DNA from: Knoellia sp.
Lineage (GTDB): Bacteria > Actinomycetota > Actinomycetes > Actinomycetales > Dermatophilaceae
Assembly: GCA_039917755.1 (NCBI GenBank)
Contig: JBDSIV010000104.1
Location: 7,715 to 71,714 of the forward strand
Direction: 5' to 3'
Length of the DNA stretch: 64,000 nt
Part shown: positions 27,880 through 40,425 of the stretch, one piece after another
Layout of the letters: the number at the start of each line of letters is the position of its first letter
How positions within the stretch are numbered: position 1 is the stretch's first letter
Made by a program: the position numbers and the translations under genes
Notes under the pieces: generated by a model
What the model was told of the DNA's origin: nothing
Databases searched by the model: none
What the model saw: the letters and a program-made list of their open reading frames with translations, nothing else

Positions 27880-29466
27880 TCACTCCGCCAGATCGACGAC
27901 GCGCACGTCCGAGCCGAGCTCGGAAGCGATGGCGCTGACGACGTCCAAGGGGATTTTGTTGTCAACGGTGAGGGCCACGAGGGCTGTCCCAGCGGCGTCG
28001 TCGCGGGCCACCTGCATGCCACCAATATTGACGTCGGCCTCACCGAGAAGGCGGCCAATGATGCCGACAACGCCGGGGCGGTCGTTGTAGGAGAAGAACG
28101 CCAGGTGGTCGCTGATCGCGACCTCGAGGTCGAAGCCGTTGACGTTGATGAGCTTCTGGACCATCTTGGGGCCGGTGAGCGTGCCGGCGACGGAGACCGT
28201 GGTGCCGTCGGCGAGGGTGCCGCGCAGCGTCGTGACGTTGCGGAACTCCTCAGAGACGGCGTTGGTCAGCAGGCGCACCTCGCAGCCGCGCTCCTTGGCG
28301 AGCAGCGGCGCGTTGACATAGGTCACGGCCTCTTCGGTGACGTCGGTGAAGACGCCCTTGAGCGCGGCGAGCTCCCAGACCGACACGTCGTGCTCGGTGA
28401 TCTCACCGCGCACATCGACATCGAGCTGGACGGGGACGGAGCCCGCGACACCGGTGAAGATGCGGCCGAGCTTCTCGACGAGGTCGATGCCCGGTCGGAC
28501 CTCCTCAGCGACAATTCCGCCTGCGACGTTGACCGCGTCGGGGACGAGGTCGCCACCGAGTGCAAGACGCACGGACTTGGCGACGGCCACGCCGGCCTTC
28601 TCCTGGGCCTCCTCGGTCGAAGCTCCAAGGTGGGGCGTGACGACAACGGACTCGAACTCAAAGAGCGGGCTCTCGGTGGTCGGCTCGGTGGCGAACACGT
28701 CGATGCCAGCGCCAGCGACGCGACCCTCACGCAGCGCCTCGGCCAGGGCGGCCTCGTCGACGATGCCGCCGCGGGCAGCGTTGATGATGCGCACGGACGG
28801 CTTGACCTTCGTGAAAGCTTCCTTGCCGAGGAGCCCCAGGGTCTCGGGCGACTTGGGAAGGTGCACGGTGATGAAGTCGGACTCGGCGAGGAGCTCGTCG
28901 AGGCTCACCAGGCGAGCGCCCAACTGTCCGGCCTTTTGCGCGGAGACATAGGGGTCGTAGGCGAGGATCTCCATGCCGAAGCCCTTGAGCCGCTCGGCGA
29001 CGAGCTGGCCGATGCGGCCGAAGCCCACGACACCGACCTTCTTGTCGAGGAGCTCGACACCGCCGTACTTGCTGCGCTTCCAGGCACCGTTCTTGAGGGC
29101 CTGGTTGGCCGGGGCGATGTTGCGGGCGGTCGAGAGGAGCAGACCGACGGCGAGCTCGGCGGCGCTGGTGATGTTGGACGTCGGGGCGTTGACGACCATG
29201 ACGCCGGCCTGCGTGGCGGCGGGGACGTCGACGTTGTCGAGGCCGACACCAGCCCGGGCGATGACCTTGAGCTGCTTGGCAGCGGCGATGGCCTCGGAGT
29301 CCATCTTGGTGGCCGAGCGGATGAGCACCGCGTCGACATCGGCGAGCGCCGGGAGGAGCTGGGAGCGGTCCGATCCATCGACCTGGCGGATCTCGAAGTC
29401 AGGTCCGAGGGCGTCGATGGTTGCCGGGCTGAGTTCCTCAGCGATGAGCACGACGGGCTTGGTCAC
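27880..29466 (-). CDS. serA: D-3-phosphoglycerate dehydrogenase
   Basis: RAGVGLDNVD, GFGRIG, NAARGG, TPHLGASTEEAQ, C-terminal ACT domain. Confidence 0.97.
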   Translation of the reverse strand: MTKPVVLIAEELSPATIDALGPDFEIRQVDGSDRSQLLPALADVDAVLIRSATKMDSEAIAAAKQLKVIARAGVGLDNVDVPAATQAGVMVVNAPTSNITSAAELAVGLLLSTARNIAPANQALKNGAWKRSKYGGVELLDKKVGVVGFGRIGQLVAERLKGFGMEILAYDPYVSAQKAGQLGARLVSLDELLAESDFITVHLPKSPETLGLLGKEAFTKVKPSVRIINAARGGIVDEAALAEALREGRVAGAGIDVFATEPTTESPLFEFESVVVTPHLGASTEEAQEKAGVAVAKSVRLALGGDLVPDAVNVAGGIVAEEVRPGIDLVEKLGRIFTGVAGSVPVQLDVDVRGEITEHDVSVWELAALKGVFTDVTEEAVTYVNAPLLAKERGCEVRLLTNAVSEEFRNVTTLRGTLADGTTVSVAGTLTGPKMVQKLINVNGFDLEVAISDHLAFFSYNDRPGVVGIIGRLLGEADVNIGGMQVARDDAAGTALVALTVDNKIPLDVVSAIASELGSDVRVVDLAE

Positions 29467-29666
29467 AAGCAGTCCTTATCAGGGTCGCGGGAAGGGGCCG
29501 CACGACGCTGTGCGCAAGCCCGAGTCTAAAGCCGCGCCCACCATGTGGATGGTTCCGCCCGGTATGTGACACGCCACAACGGTCCCCCGGTTGTTCCACT
29601 GGAAGGCGGTCGGTGGCCGACTGGCGGGTGGGTGCGGCAGAGTGCCGCGAGGAGGAGGGTGAGGCC

Positions 29667-30448
29667 ATGCGCATCGTCGTGACCGGTGGATCAGGGGACC
29701 TGGGTGGACGGGTGGTTCGTGAGCTCACTGCTCGAGGACAGGATGCGGTCGCGGCCAGTCGTCGCACCGGCGTGGACCTCGCGACCGGCGACGGCCTCGA
29801 CGCGGTGCTTGCAGGCGCCGATGCGGTGGTCCACTGCGCCAGCTCTCAGACCAAACCCCAGGACGTCGATGTCGCGGGAGCCCGCCGGATCGGCGAGTCC
29901 CTGCGGCGCCTCAATTCATCGGTGCACGTGGTGTCCATCTCGATCGTCGGGTGCGATCTCGTGTCCTACCCCTACTACCGCGCCAAGGTCGACGCCGAGC
30001 GCGCGCTCGCGGAGTCGGGTGTCCCCGCGACGGTGCTTCGGGCCACCCAGTTCCACTCGCTCGCAGCCTTCTTCGGCACGGCCGCACGGGTGGGGCCGCT
30101 GACCTTCTCGATCGGCACCATGCGCATCCAGCCGGTCGACATCGATTGGGTCGCGGGCCGCCTCACCGACTACGCCACGGGCCCTGCCCCGAGCGGCTAC
30201 CGGCGGCGACCGACGTTGCCGGCCCGACGGCATACACGGCGGTCGAGATGGCGCAGCGACTCGCGACGCACGATGGACGCCCCACCGCGCGGGTGGTGCG
30301 CATCCCACCGTTCCTGCCCGTCCTGCGCAGTCTTGACCAGGGCGGAATCCTGCCCGGGCCTGAGGCAGAGATCGGCGGGCAGACTTTCGAGGACTGGCTC
30401 GCGGATCAACCCACGCCGATGCCGCGCCGGTTCCGCTCCCCCACCTGA
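29667..30448 (+). pseudogene. NAD(P)-binding SDR/NmrA-like oxidoreductase with a frameshift near 30205
   Basis: MRIVVTGGSGDLG...YYRAK...LRATQFH...QPVD in one frame; the expected continuation DVAGP...GGQTFEDWL is in another frame. Confidence 0.8.
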
Positions 30449-30512
30449 GCGAACGTCAGGGTGTCGGGCGGGGCCATCCACGGCCGCGCGGCTGAGGCTG
30501 CGGGTCTGACCG

Positions 30513-30569
30513 GAGGGAAGGTGAAGGGTCCGGAGGGCGATAAACCCTCCGGACCCTTCACCTTCCCTC
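30513..30569. repeat. Long perfect inverted repeat (25-bp arms) between convergent genes; likely bidirectional terminator
   Basis: GAGGGAAGGTGAAGGGTCCGGAGGG-CGATAAA-CCCTCCGGACCCTTCACCTTCCCTC. Confidence 0.9.
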
Positions 30570-30590
30570 ATGGGGAGCAAAAGTTGAGAC

Positions 30591-31655
<1,065 letters not shown>

Positions 31656-31700
31656 TCAGGACAAGCACAGCGGCGTATGCCGTGTGCTCGGGTTTCGTGG

Positions 31701-32213
31701 TCAGGCTCCGCGCAGGGCGCGGTCGGTGATGGAACGGGGACCTCGTCCGATGGCGACGATCCCCGACTGGACGAGCTCGCGCACGCCGTAGGGCTCCAGG
31801 ACACCAAGCAGGGCGGTGAGCTTGTCCCCGTGACCTGTGGCCTCGATCGTCACGGACTCGGTGGCAACGTCGACCACCTTGGCGCGGAAGAGCTGGACGA
31901 GCTCGAGGACCTGGCTGCGCGTGGCCGCGTCGGCCCGGACCTTGATGAGCATGACCTGGCGCTGGACGGCCGAGTTCGCATCGAGTTCGACGACCTTGAG
32001 CACCTCGACGAGCTTGTTGAGCTGCTTGGTCACCTGCTCCAGCGGGAAGCCCTCGACATCGACGACGACAGTGATGCGCGAGATGTCGGGGTGCTCGGTC
32101 TCACCCACGGCGAGGGAGTAGATGTTGAACCCCCGACGGGCGAAGAGGCCGGCGATCCGAGCCAGGACACCGGGCTTGTTCTCGACGAGCACTGACAGCG
32201 TGTGCTGCGACAT
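31701..32213 (-). CDS. ilvN: Acetolactate synthase small subunit
   Basis: HTLSVLVENKPGVLARIAGLFARRGFNI ACT domain. Confidence 0.97.
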   Translation of the reverse strand: MSQHTLSVLVENKPGVLARIAGLFARRGFNIYSLAVGETEHPDISRITVVVDVEGFPLEQVTKQLNKLVEVLKVVELDANSAVQRQVMLIKVRADAATRSQVLELVQLFRAKVVDVATESVTIEATGHGDKLTALLGVLEPYGVRELVQSGIVAIGRGPRSITDRALRGA

Positions 32214-34081
32214 CACTTGTCCTCACCTTCGCTGTGGTCGGCGTCCTCGTCCTGCGGGATCGCCTCGGACTCTTCACGATCCCACTGGGGCGCAGTGTCC
32301 TTCGCAACCTGGATCATGTCGTTGCTCACCCCAGAAGCGACCATCGGCCACACCATCGCGTCACGGTGGACGACGAAGTCGACAACGACCGGGCGGTCGT
32401 TGATGGCCATGGCCTGACGGATTGTCTCGTCCACGTCCTCCGGGCGTTCGCACCGCAGGCCCGCGCAGCCATAGGCGTCCGCGAGCTTGACGAAGTCGGG
32501 GATGCGCCGACCATCGGCCGAGGTGTGCAGGTCGGTGTTGGAGTAGCGCTTGTCATAGAACAGCGACTGCCACTGGCGCACCATGCCCAGGCTGCTGTTG
32601 TTGATGACAGCGACCTTGATCGGGATGTTGTTGATGACGCAGGTCGCGAGCTCCTGGTTGGTCATCTGGAAGCAGCCATCACCGTCGATGGCCCACACGG
32701 TGCGGTCGGGTTCGCCGACCTGGGCACCCATGGCGGCGGGCACGGCATACCCCATCGTCCCGAGCCCGCCGGAGTTGAGCCAGGCCCGCGGACGTTCGTA
32801 CTGCACGAACTGAGCGGCCCACATCTGGTGCTGGCCCACGCCGGCGACATAGATGGATTCCGGCCCGGCGATGGCGCTGAGCCGCTCGATGACGTACTGG
32901 GGCGCGAGGGTGCCATCCTCGGACTCGGCGTAGCCGAGCGGGAAGTCTCGCTTCCAGCCCTGGGTCCGTGCGCGCCACGCGGTGTAGTCGCCTCCGTTGC
33001 CGGCATCGATGTCGGCGTCCACCGACGCGATGAGGTCGACGAGGACGTCCTTGCAGGAGCCGACGATCGGCACATCGGCCTGGCGGTTCTTGGAGATCTC
33101 AGCCGGGTCGATGTCGGCGTGGATGACCCTGGCCTCAGGGGCGAACGAGCTGAGCTGACCCGTGACGCGGTCGTCGAAGCGGGCACCAAGGGTGATGAGC
33201 AGGTCGGACTTCTGCAGGGCTGTCACCGCGGCGACCGAGCCGTGCATGCCCGGCATACCGAGGTGCAGTTCGTGACTGTCCGGGAGTGCGCCACGAGCCA
33301 TCAGGGTCGTGACGACCGGGATCTGGGTGAGCTCGACGAACTGGCGCAGCTCCTCGCTGGCGTCGGCGCGGATGACGCCGCCACCGACATAGAGCACCGG
33401 GCGCTCGGCGGCGGCGATGAGCTTGGTCGCCTCGCGGATCTGCTTGGCGTGCGGGCGCGTCACCGGGTGGTAGCCGGGCAGGTCGATGCGCGGCGGCCAC
33501 GCAAAGGTCGTCTTGGCCTGGAGCGCGTCCTTGCTGATGTCGACGAGCACCGGACCGGGGCGCCCGGTCAGCGCGATGTGGAAGGCCTCGGCGAGGACTC
33601 GGGGGATGTCTGCGGCGTCGGTGACGAGGTAGTTGTGCTTCGTCACCGGCATGGTGATGCCGCGGATGTCGGCTTCCTGGAACGCATCCGTGCCGATTGA
33701 GGCACTCGCGACCTGACCAGTGATGGCCACCATCGGAACCGAGTCCATGTGCGCATCGGCCAGTGCCGTCACGAGGTTGGTCGCACCCGGACCGGAGGTC
33801 GCCATGCAGACGCCGACCTTGCCGGTCGCCGATGCGTAGCCCTCGGCCGCGTGGCCGGCGCCCTGCTCGTGACGCACGAGGATGTGGCGCACCTTGACCG
33901 AGTCGAGGAGGGGGTCGTAGGCCGGGAGGATCGCGCCACCCGGGATGCCGAAGACGGTGTCGACGTCGAGGGACTCGAGGGAGAGTACGAGGCTCTGGGC
34001 TCCGGTCACCGTCAGGGGTGCCTTGGCTCGGGTCTGTTCGGCGAGCCGCGCCGGGGAGGGCGCTGCCTGGGTCTCGCTCAC
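32213..34081 (-). CDS. ilvB: Acetolactate synthase large subunit
   Basis: [38 protein letters not shown] ThDP motif. Confidence 0.97.
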   Translation of the reverse strand: MSETQAAPSPARLAEQTRAKAPLTVTGAQSLVLSLESLDVDTVFGIPGGAILPAYDPLLDSVKVRHILVRHEQGAGHAAEGYASATGKVGVCMATSGPGATNLVTALADAHMDSVPMVAITGQVASASIGTDAFQEADIRGITMPVTKHNYLVTDAADIPRVLAEAFHIALTGRPGPVLVDISKDALQAKTTFAWPPRIDLPGYHPVTRPHAKQIREATKLIAAAERPVLYVGGGVIRADASEELRQFVELTQIPVVTTLMARGALPDSHELHLGMPGMHGSVAAVTALQKSDLLITLGARFDDRVTGQLSSFAPEARVIHADIDPAEISKNRQADVPIVGSCKDVLVDLIASVDADIDAGNGGDYTAWRARTQGWKRDFPLGYAESEDGTLAPQYVIERLSAIAGPESIYVAGVGQHQMWAAQFVQYERPRAWLNSGGLGTMGYAVPAAMGAQVGEPDRTVWAIDGDGCFQMTNQELATCVINNIPIKVAVINNSSLGMVRQWQSLFYDKRYSNTDLHTSADGRRIPDFVKLADAYGCAGLRCERPEDVDETIRQAMAINDRPVVVDFVVHRDAMVWPMVASGVSNDMIQVAKDTAPQWDREESEAIPQDEDADHSEGEDK

Positions 34082-34132
34082 GTCGTCACCATCTTTGAGT
34101 CGGGGTGGGTGTTGCGGTTCGTCTGTGGCCAC

Positions 34133-34173
34133 AAAAAAACCCTCCCGTCCCACATGGAGGGGACGATGGAGGG
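34133..34173 (-). terminator. Attenuator terminator upstream of ilvB
   Basis: Minus strand CCCTCC..CGTCCC..loop..GGGACG.GGAGGG followed by TTTTTTT. Confidence 0.85.
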
Positions 34174-34192
34174 AGGCGCCTGGCCGGTCCTT

Positions 34193-34237
34193 CTAGAAGA
34201 GGCCGGGCGCCGGAGGAAGTACGAGAATTCGGGTCAC
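34193..34237 (-). CDS. ilvB leader peptide MTRILVLPPAPGLF
   Basis: Ile-Leu-Val-Leu run on rare codons ATT CTC GTA CTT; matches the TRILVL core of actinobacterial ilvB leaders; followed by the terminator. Confidence 0.85.
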   Translation of the reverse strand: MTRILVLPPAPGLF

Positions 34238-34265
34238 ACGAGAACTCTCGCCCTGCTCCCCTGCT

Positions 34266-34303
34266 GTGTCAACGTGTGAGACGCCACATCCCACCATCCG
34301 GAC
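34266..34303. promoter_or_regulatory. Paired NdgR/LtbR-type operator upstream of the ilvB leader
   Basis: GTGTCAACGTGTGAGAC and ATCCCACCATCCGGAC. Confidence 0.65.
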
Positions 34304-34333
34304 CCCAGGTGGCGATTGCAGGTCGAGGACGCA

Positions 34334-36040
34334 TCAGTCGCAGACGGCGCCCTTGCTCGCCGAGCCGACGAGCTTGCGGTACTTGGCGAGGACGCCGCGG
34401 GTGTACTTGGGCTCGGGGTGGGTGACGCCCTCGGCGCGGCGGCGATCAAGCTCGGCCTCGTCGACGAGGAGATCCAGGGTGCCGTTCGCGACGTCGAGTC
34501 GGATGCCATCGCCGTCGCGCACGAACGCGATCGGGCCGTCGTCCACGGCCTCGGGTGCGACGTGTCCAACGCACAGGCCCGTCGTGCCACCGGAGAAGCG
34601 GCCATCGGTGAGGAGCAGCACGTCCTTGCCCAGCCCGGCTCCCTTGATGGCGCCAGTGACGGCGAGCATCTCGCGCATGCCGGGGCCACCCTTGGGCCCT
34701 TCGTAGCGGATGACGACGACGTCCTTGGGCTGAAGAACTCCCTGCTCGACCGCGTCCATGGCGGCACGCTCACCGTCGAAGACGCGGGCGGTGCCCTCGA
34801 AGACGGACTCGTCGAAGCCGGCCGACTTCACGACGGCACCTTCGGGAGCGAGGGAGCCGGTGAGGATCGTCAGGCCACCAGTCTTGTGGATCGGCTTCGT
34901 GAACTCGCGGATGACCTTGCCATCGATGTGTGGCGGGTTGATCTCGTCGAGGTTCTCCGCGACTGTCTTGCCGGTCACGGTGAGGCAATCACCGTCGAGG
35001 AGGTCGGCTTCGAGCAGCGTCTTCATGACGACGGGGATGCCGCCGATGTGGTCGATGTCCTTCATGACGAAGGCACCGAACGGCTTGACGTCGGCGAGGT
35101 GCGGGACCTTTTTGCCGATGCGCTGGAAGTCGCCGATGGTGAGGTCGACCTCGGCCTCGTGGGCCATCGCGAGCAGGTGCAGGACAGCGTTGGTCGAACC
35201 GCCGAAGGCCATGACAATGGCGATCGCGTTCTCGAAGGCCGGCTTGGTCATGATCTGGCGGGCGGTGATGCCCTTGCGCAGGAGCTCGACGACGGCCTCA
35301 CCGGAACGGCGCGCGTGCACGTCGCGGCGGCGGTCCGTGGCAGGCGGAGCGGCCGAACCCGGGATGGACATGCCGATCGACTCGGCGACGGCGGCCATCG
35401 TGTTGGCGGTGTAGAAGCCACCGCAGGCGCCTTCACCCGGACAGATCGCGCGTTCGATGGCGTCGACGTCCTCGAGCGACATCGTGCCGGCGTTGCATGC
35501 ACCGACCGCCTCGAAGGCGTCGATGATCGTGACCTCCTTCTCGGTGCCGTCCGAAAGCTTCGCGATCCCGGGAAGGATTGACCCGGCATACAGGAAGACG
35601 GAGGCGAGGTCGAGGCGCGCCGCGGCCATGAGCATTCCGGGCAGTGACTTGTCGCAACCCGCGAGCAGGACCGAGCCATCGAGGCGCTCGGCGCTCATCA
35701 CGGTCTCGACGGAGTCGGCGATGATCTCGCGCGACACCAGCGAGAAGTGCATGCCCTCGTGACCCATCGAGATGCCGTCCGACACCGAGATCGTGCCGAA
35801 CTCGAGCGGGTAGCCGCCGGCCGCGTGGACGCCGTCCTTGACCGCCTTTGCGAGCCGGTCGAGCGAAAGATTGCAGGGAGTGATCTCGTTCCAGGAACTG
35901 GCGACACCGATCTGCGGCTTCACCCAGTCGTCGTCACCCATGCCGACGGCACGGAGCATGCCTCGGGCCGCGGTCTTCTCGAGACCATCGGTGACGTCGC
36001 GGGACCGGGGCTTGATGTCGATGTCGGGGGCGTCGCTCAT
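34334..36040 (-). CDS. ilvD: Dihydroxy-acid dehydratase
   Basis: [50 protein letters not shown]. Confidence 0.97.
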   Translation of the reverse strand: MSDAPDIDIKPRSRDVTDGLEKTAARGMLRAVGMGDDDWVKPQIGVASSWNEITPCNLSLDRLAKAVKDGVHAAGGYPLEFGTISVSDGISMGHEGMHFSLVSREIIADSVETVMSAERLDGSVLLAGCDKSLPGMLMAAARLDLASVFLYAGSILPGIAKLSDGTEKEVTIIDAFEAVGACNAGTMSLEDVDAIERAICPGEGACGGFYTANTMAAVAESIGMSIPGSAAPPATDRRRDVHARRSGEAVVELLRKGITARQIMTKPAFENAIAIVMAFGGSTNAVLHLLAMAHEAEVDLTIGDFQRIGKKVPHLADVKPFGAFVMKDIDHIGGIPVVMKTLLEADLLDGDCLTVTGKTVAENLDEINPPHIDGKVIREFTKPIHKTGGLTILTGSLAPEGAVVKSAGFDESVFEGTARVFDGERAAMDAVEQGVLQPKDVVVIRYEGPKGGPGMREMLAVTGAIKGAGLGKDVLLLTDGRFSGGTTGLCVGHVAPEAVDDGPIAFVRDGDGIRLDVANGTLDLLVDEAELDRRRAEGVTHPEPKYTRGVLAKYRKLVGSASKGAVCD

Positions 36041-36061
36041 GCCACCAACTCTAGGACGCGG

Positions 36062-36098
36062 GTCCACGAGGTGGGACGCCGATCTCACGCCTCGAGGG
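36062..36098. promoter_or_regulatory. Paired NdgR/LtbR-type operator upstream of ilvD
   Basis: GTCCACGAGGTGGGAC and ATCTCACGCCTCGAGGG. Confidence 0.6.
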
Positions 36099-36131
36099 AA
36101 TTCGACTGGCGCACCATCGACCGACCCACGC

Positions 36132-38147
36132 TCACGCGAGGCGGCGGGGCCACCAGAACCGGTCGCCGAGGACGAGCGCGATCGCCGGCACGAGGACGGT
36201 GCGCACGACGAGCGTGTCGAGCAGCACGCCGACGCAGATGATCACGCCAAGCTGTGCCAGCACCACCAACGGCAGGACGCCGAGCACGGCAAAGACCGCA
36301 GCGAGCAGGATGCCGGCGCTGGTGATGACGCCGCCGGTGGCCGACAGTGCTCGCAGCATCCCCTCACGCGCACCGTGGCCACGCGCTTCCTCCGCGGCCC
36401 GAGTGATGAGGAAGATGTTGTAGTCGACCCCGAGTGCCACGAGGAACACGAAGGCCAGCAGGGGGACGCCGTCATCGAGCCGCTCGAACGCGAGCACTTG
36501 GGTGAAGAGCACCCACGACAGGCCCAGACTCGAGAGATAGGTGGCCACGACGGTGGCCACGAGGACGACAGGTGCCACCACTGAGCGCAGCAGCAGGCCG
36601 AGCGCGAGGAGGACGAGTCCGAGGATGAGCGGGAAGATGAGGAATCGGTCGCTGCTCGAGGCCTGTGCGGCGTCGAGGGTCTCGGCTTCGGTCCCACCGA
36701 CGTGCGTGTCCGGCGTGTCAGCCACGGCAGCGCGGATGGCCGTCACCGTCGTGGCGGCAGCGTCTGAGCCCGGTGGGGCCGCAAGAACCGCCTGGATCTC
36801 GCTCACGCCACCAGCGCTGGCCACCGGACGCGTCGAGGCAACGCCCTCCACGGCTGACACGGTCGAGACCAGCGCCTTGGAGTCGGTGCCGCGAGAGACG
36901 ATCGTCGTGGGGTCGGCAGAGCCTGCGGGGAAGGACTGCGCAAGTCGCTCACCAGCCGAGATCGCTTCGGGCTTCTGCAGGAATTGGTCTGCGCCGTCAA
37001 GGCCGGTGCGAATGGACAACATGCCCGTGGCCGCAATGGCCAGCAGAGCAACGGTGGTCGCCGCGAACACGGCCGGGCGGCGGGAGACGGTGTCGCCAAC
37101 GCGTCGCCAGAACGACCGGGAGTCAGCAAGGCTGGCCTGGCCTTCGCGCGGCACCTTGGGCCAGAAGATCCAGCGGCCGAAGACGACGAGGGCTGCCGGC
37201 AGCACGATGAGGACGAAGGTCGCAGCAACGATGACTCCCACGGCGCAGGCCAATCCCAGACCCCTAGTGGTGGGGAACGCCGACAGGAGCAGAGTCAACA
37301 GGCCGATCACCACGGTCGAGGCACTCGAGAGAACCGCCTCAGCTGTCCGGGCGAGCGCCCGGGCCATGGCGTCCCGGCGATCGTAATGGTGTCGCAGCTC
37401 GTCTCGATAGCGCGAGATGAGCAGCAGGGCGTAGTCGGTGCCAGCTCCGAAGACCAACACCGAAAGGATGCCGATGGTCGACTCGTCCCACTGCACATCG
37501 AACACCGAGAGGGTGCGCGTCGCCAGCACGGCGGCGAGTTGGTCGGCCACTCCGACCACGGTGAGGGGCACGAGCCAGAGAACCGGGCTTCGGTAAGTGA
37601 TGATCAGGAGCAGGGCGACCACCGACGCCGTGGCGGCCAGGAGACGGAGGTTCGCACCATCGAAGACTGCCGCAAGGTCGGCCTGGATGGCAGCAGGTCC
37701 AGTGACCTGAGCGACGACTCCGGAGGGCAGGTCTGCTTTGGCGGCCGCACGAAGCCCCTTGACGACCTTGGCAGCCTCAGTCGCATCGTTGGCTACGACC
37801 GGGACGAACACCGTTGCGGCAGTGCGGTCCTGCGCGATGACCGGTGGTGCGCCGACTGCTCCGGGGAGAGTCCGCGAGCGCTCCTGGACGAAGGCGAGCG
37901 CGGCGGCGCTCAGGGGCCTGTCGCTGCTGAAGAGCACGATGGCGGCGGAGCCTTCGGCTTCGGGCAGCTGGGCGCTCAGCTCGGCAGCCGATCTGCTGTC
38001 GGAGTTGAGCGGGAGGGACGCCGTCGCCTGCGGCTTGAGCTCGGCCTGCCCCACCACACCGATGACGGCTCCGGCAGCCAGGAGGGCAAAAAGGGCGAGC
38101 AACCCCGCGACCCTCTTGCGGGTGATGAGCTGAGCAAGGCCAACCAT
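36132..38147 (-). CDS. MMPL/RND-family transporter
   Basis: [19 protein letters not shown] and [15 protein letters not shown] motifs. Confidence 0.93.
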   Translation of the reverse strand: MVGLAQLITRKRVAGLLALFALLAAGAVIGVVGQAELKPQATASLPLNSDSRSAAELSAQLPEAEGSAAIVLFSSDRPLSAAALAFVQERSRTLPGAVGAPPVIAQDRTAATVFVPVVANDATEAAKVVKGLRAAAKADLPSGVVAQVTGPAAIQADLAAVFDGANLRLLAATASVVALLLIITYRSPVLWLVPLTVVGVADQLAAVLATRTLSVFDVQWDESTIGILSVLVFGAGTDYALLLISRYRDELRHHYDRRDAMARALARTAEAVLSSASTVVIGLLTLLLSAFPTTRGLGLACAVGVIVAATFVLIVLPAALVVFGRWIFWPKVPREGQASLADSRSFWRRVGDTVSRRPAVFAATTVALLAIAATGMLSIRTGLDGADQFLQKPEAISAGERLAQSFPAGSADPTTIVSRGTDSKALVSTVSAVEGVASTRPVASAGGVSEIQAVLAAPPGSDAAATTVTAIRAAVADTPDTHVGGTEAETLDAAQASSSDRFLIFPLILGLVLLALGLLLRSVVAPVVLVATVVATYLSSLGLSWVLFTQVLAFERLDDGVPLLAFVFLVALGVDYNIFLITRAAEEARGHGAREGMLRALSATGGVITSAGILLAAVFAVLGVLPLVVLAQLGVIICVGVLLDTLVVRTVLVPAIALVLGDRFWWPRRLA

Positions 38148-38204
38148 GTGGTGCCCCTTGATAGTGTGGTTCTTCAGCTGATGACTCAGGACGTTACTAA
38201 GTAG

Positions 38205-38720
38205 GTGAGCGACATTACCGAATCTGTTGAGCCCGACGCAAGCCTCGGTGGTCCATCCCGCGCTGCGCGCACCACTGCGGCTTCCGTGGCCCCTGCCTAC
38301 CGAGCGTCAGCATCTCTGCAGGCCCTTGAGGAACTTGTCGAGCTCGCCGGGCACACGTCTCAGGACATCGCCCGCAACGCCGGGCTCTCCGTCTCCGAGC
38401 TGCACTCCCTGCGCCATCTCGCGGCCAGGCCCATGGGTCCGGTCGAACTCGCCAAGGCGCTCGGCGTCACCTCTGCCGCGTCGTCGGGAGTTGTGGATCG
38501 GCTCGTGGCACGTGGACACGCCGAGCGCCACCACCACCCCGGCGACAGGCGCCGCACCTCCGTGGTCGTCACCGAGTCGGGTCGCCGAGAGGTGTTCGCA
38601 TTGCTGGCGCCGATGTTCACCAAGCTGGCCGAGATCGATGCTCCCCTCACTGATGAGGAACGCGTCGTGGTCGAGCGCTACCTACGCGGGGCGATTGCGG
38701 CGCTACGGTCGGTCACCTGA
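38205..38720 (+). CDS. MarR-family regulator
   Basis: ELAKALGVTSAASSGVVDRLVARGH...DRRR; divergent from the MMPL gene. Confidence 0.9.
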   Translation: MSDITESVEPDASLGGPSRAARTTAASVAPAYRASASLQALEELVELAGHTSQDIARNAGLSVSELHSLRHLAARPMGPVELAKALGVTSAASSGVVDRLVARGHAERHHHPGDRRRTSVVVTESGRREVFALLAPMFTKLAEIDAPLTDEERVVVERYLRGAIAALRSVT

Positions 38721-38751
38721 GTCCTCCTCTGAACCTCGGGCGGCGCCCGTC

Positions 38752-39300
38752 TCAGGTCTGCGCCGACTCTCGATCTTTGGCCCGGGCGACGTGGAAGCGG
38801 TCGAGCCGCGCCACCCCCGCGGCCAGGTCGCTCCAGTGACCTGAGAAGCGCAGCACCGCGATGCCGGCTGTGCGGAAGCCCTCGCTCATGAGTTCGTGGG
38901 CGCGGTCGCTGCCCTCTCCGTCCGCAAGGAGTGAGGCCAGGACGGGTATGCCGGGTGCGTGCCCGACGAGCATGACGACGTTGGCGTCTGCGTCAGCCTC
39001 GCGCGCGACCTCGAGGAGGCGGTCAGCTGAAGCGTTGTAGATGTTGTGCTCGTCATGGACGTCGCCCTCGGAGCAGCCAGCACTCCAGATGCCCTCGCAG
39101 GTTTGCTGGGTCCGGGTCGCCGTCGAACAGAAGACTTCGTCGACGCCGAGGCCCTGCTCGCAGAGCCACCGCCCCACCTCGTGGGCGTCACGGTGACCGC
39201 GAGGAGTGAGCTCACGCTCGTGGTCGGCGTCGTAGCCGGCATGCTCCGCCTTGGCGTGGCGCACGAGCACGAGCGTCCGGTCCTCAGCTGCGGTGGTCAT
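38752..39300 (-). CDS. SixA-like histidine phosphatase
   Basis: LVLVRHAKA, CSTATRTQQT, LVGHAPG. Confidence 0.9.
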   Translation of the reverse strand: MTTAAEDRTLVLVRHAKAEHAGYDADHERELTPRGHRDAHEVGRWLCEQGLGVDEVFCSTATRTQQTCEGIWSAGCSEGDVHDEHNIYNASADRLLEVAREADADANVVMLVGHAPGIPVLASLLADGEGSDRAHELMSEGFRTAGIAVLRFSGHWSDLAAGVARLDRFHVARAKDRESAQT

Positions 39301-39331
39301 GACACGATCCTGCCCCTGTCCGGCCGGGTTG

Positions 39332-40261
39332 TCAGGTCTTGACAATTGGCCGAACAAGGTGGTCTGCGATGTCGCCGGCGACGATACGAGTCAACTGCCG
39401 ATGCACGAGCTCGGCCATCCGCGGAAGCAGGGCGGTCGTGTTGCCCCCAGCGTGCGGAGTGATGAGCACATGGGGTGCCGTCCACAGGGGGTGGCCATCG
39501 GGCAACGGTTCTGGGTCGGTGACATCAAGGGCGATGCTCAGCCGCCCGGCATGGGCCACAAGAGCGTCGGTGTCGGCGACCGGGCCTCGGGCGACATTGA
39601 CGAGCAGGGCGCCATCCGGCATGGCCGACAGGAAGGCGTCATCGACGAGCTGACGGGTCGAGTCATTGAGCGGGACGATGACGACGACGACGTCGTGGTC
39701 GGGCAGTAGCGTCGGCAACTCGTCGATGCCGTGGACCACGTCGACCAGATCGTTCCCCGCACGCGCCCGGGACGCCACGGCAGTCAGTGAGACGTCAAAA
39801 GCGTTGAAACGACGGGCGATTGCCGTGCCCACTGAGCCATAGCCAACAACGAGGACGTGTCGACCAGCGAGTGACGTGCGCTGACCGAGCGGCGTCCACG
39901 TCGCACTGTCGCCCGACCGCACGGCTTCCGGGATGCCGCGCAGAGAAGCGATCGTGAGTCCCAGCACCAACTCCGCGGTGGGCGCGTCATAGACACCAGT
40001 GGCGTTGGCGACCGCGATCGTCTCGGGGACCACCTCGAGCACGCCGTCATAGCCCGCGGACTGCAACTGCACGAGCCGACAGCGCGGCAGGCCAGCCACG
40101 GCACCGAGGGCCGAGGCCGCCCCCAGATAGGGCGCCACGACGACCTCGATCCGTTGGTCGGTCGCGGGTCCCGAGCATGGGTCCCAGACGACGGACTCGA
40201 CGCCGGCGATGTCACCGACCGCGTCACGGAGAAGCAGTTCAGGGAAGGAGACGACGACCAT
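39332..40261 (-). CDS. D-2-hydroxyacid dehydrogenase family protein
   Basis: GYGSVG, VNVARG, LDVTDPEPLP, ITPHAGG. Confidence 0.93.
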   Translation of the reverse strand: MVVVSFPELLLRDAVGDIAGVESVVWDPCSGPATDQRIEVVVAPYLGAASALGAVAGLPRCRLVQLQSAGYDGVLEVVPETIAVANATGVYDAPTAELVLGLTIASLRGIPEAVRSGDSATWTPLGQRTSLAGRHVLVVGYGSVGTAIARRFNAFDVSLTAVASRARAGNDLVDVVHGIDELPTLLPDHDVVVVIVPLNDSTRQLVDDAFLSAMPDGALLVNVARGPVADTDALVAHAGRLSIALDVTDPEPLPDGHPLWTAPHVLITPHAGGNTTALLPRMAELVHRQLTRIVAGDIADHLVRPIVKT

Positions 40262-40280
40262 GCAACGACCCTAAGCGACC

Positions 40281-40396
40281 TCAGGTTGCGGTGAGCTGCG
40301 CGACCGGGATGCAGCGTGCGGTCTTCTTCTTTCAGCCCTCGAAGGCTGTCCCCTCGGTGAGGGACCCGCTCTTGCGACGCGGGACGGTGAGCACGT
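40281..40396 (-). pseudogene. Possible collapsed relic of a Ddn-type (F420-dependent) nitroreductase
   Basis: NVLTVPRRKSG-SLTEGT-AFEG*KKKTARCIPVAQLTAT*: N- and C-terminal motifs joined, with an internal stop. Confidence 0.4.
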
Positions 40397-40425
40397 TTTC
40401 CGAACCCTGTGCGCAAGGATGGGGT

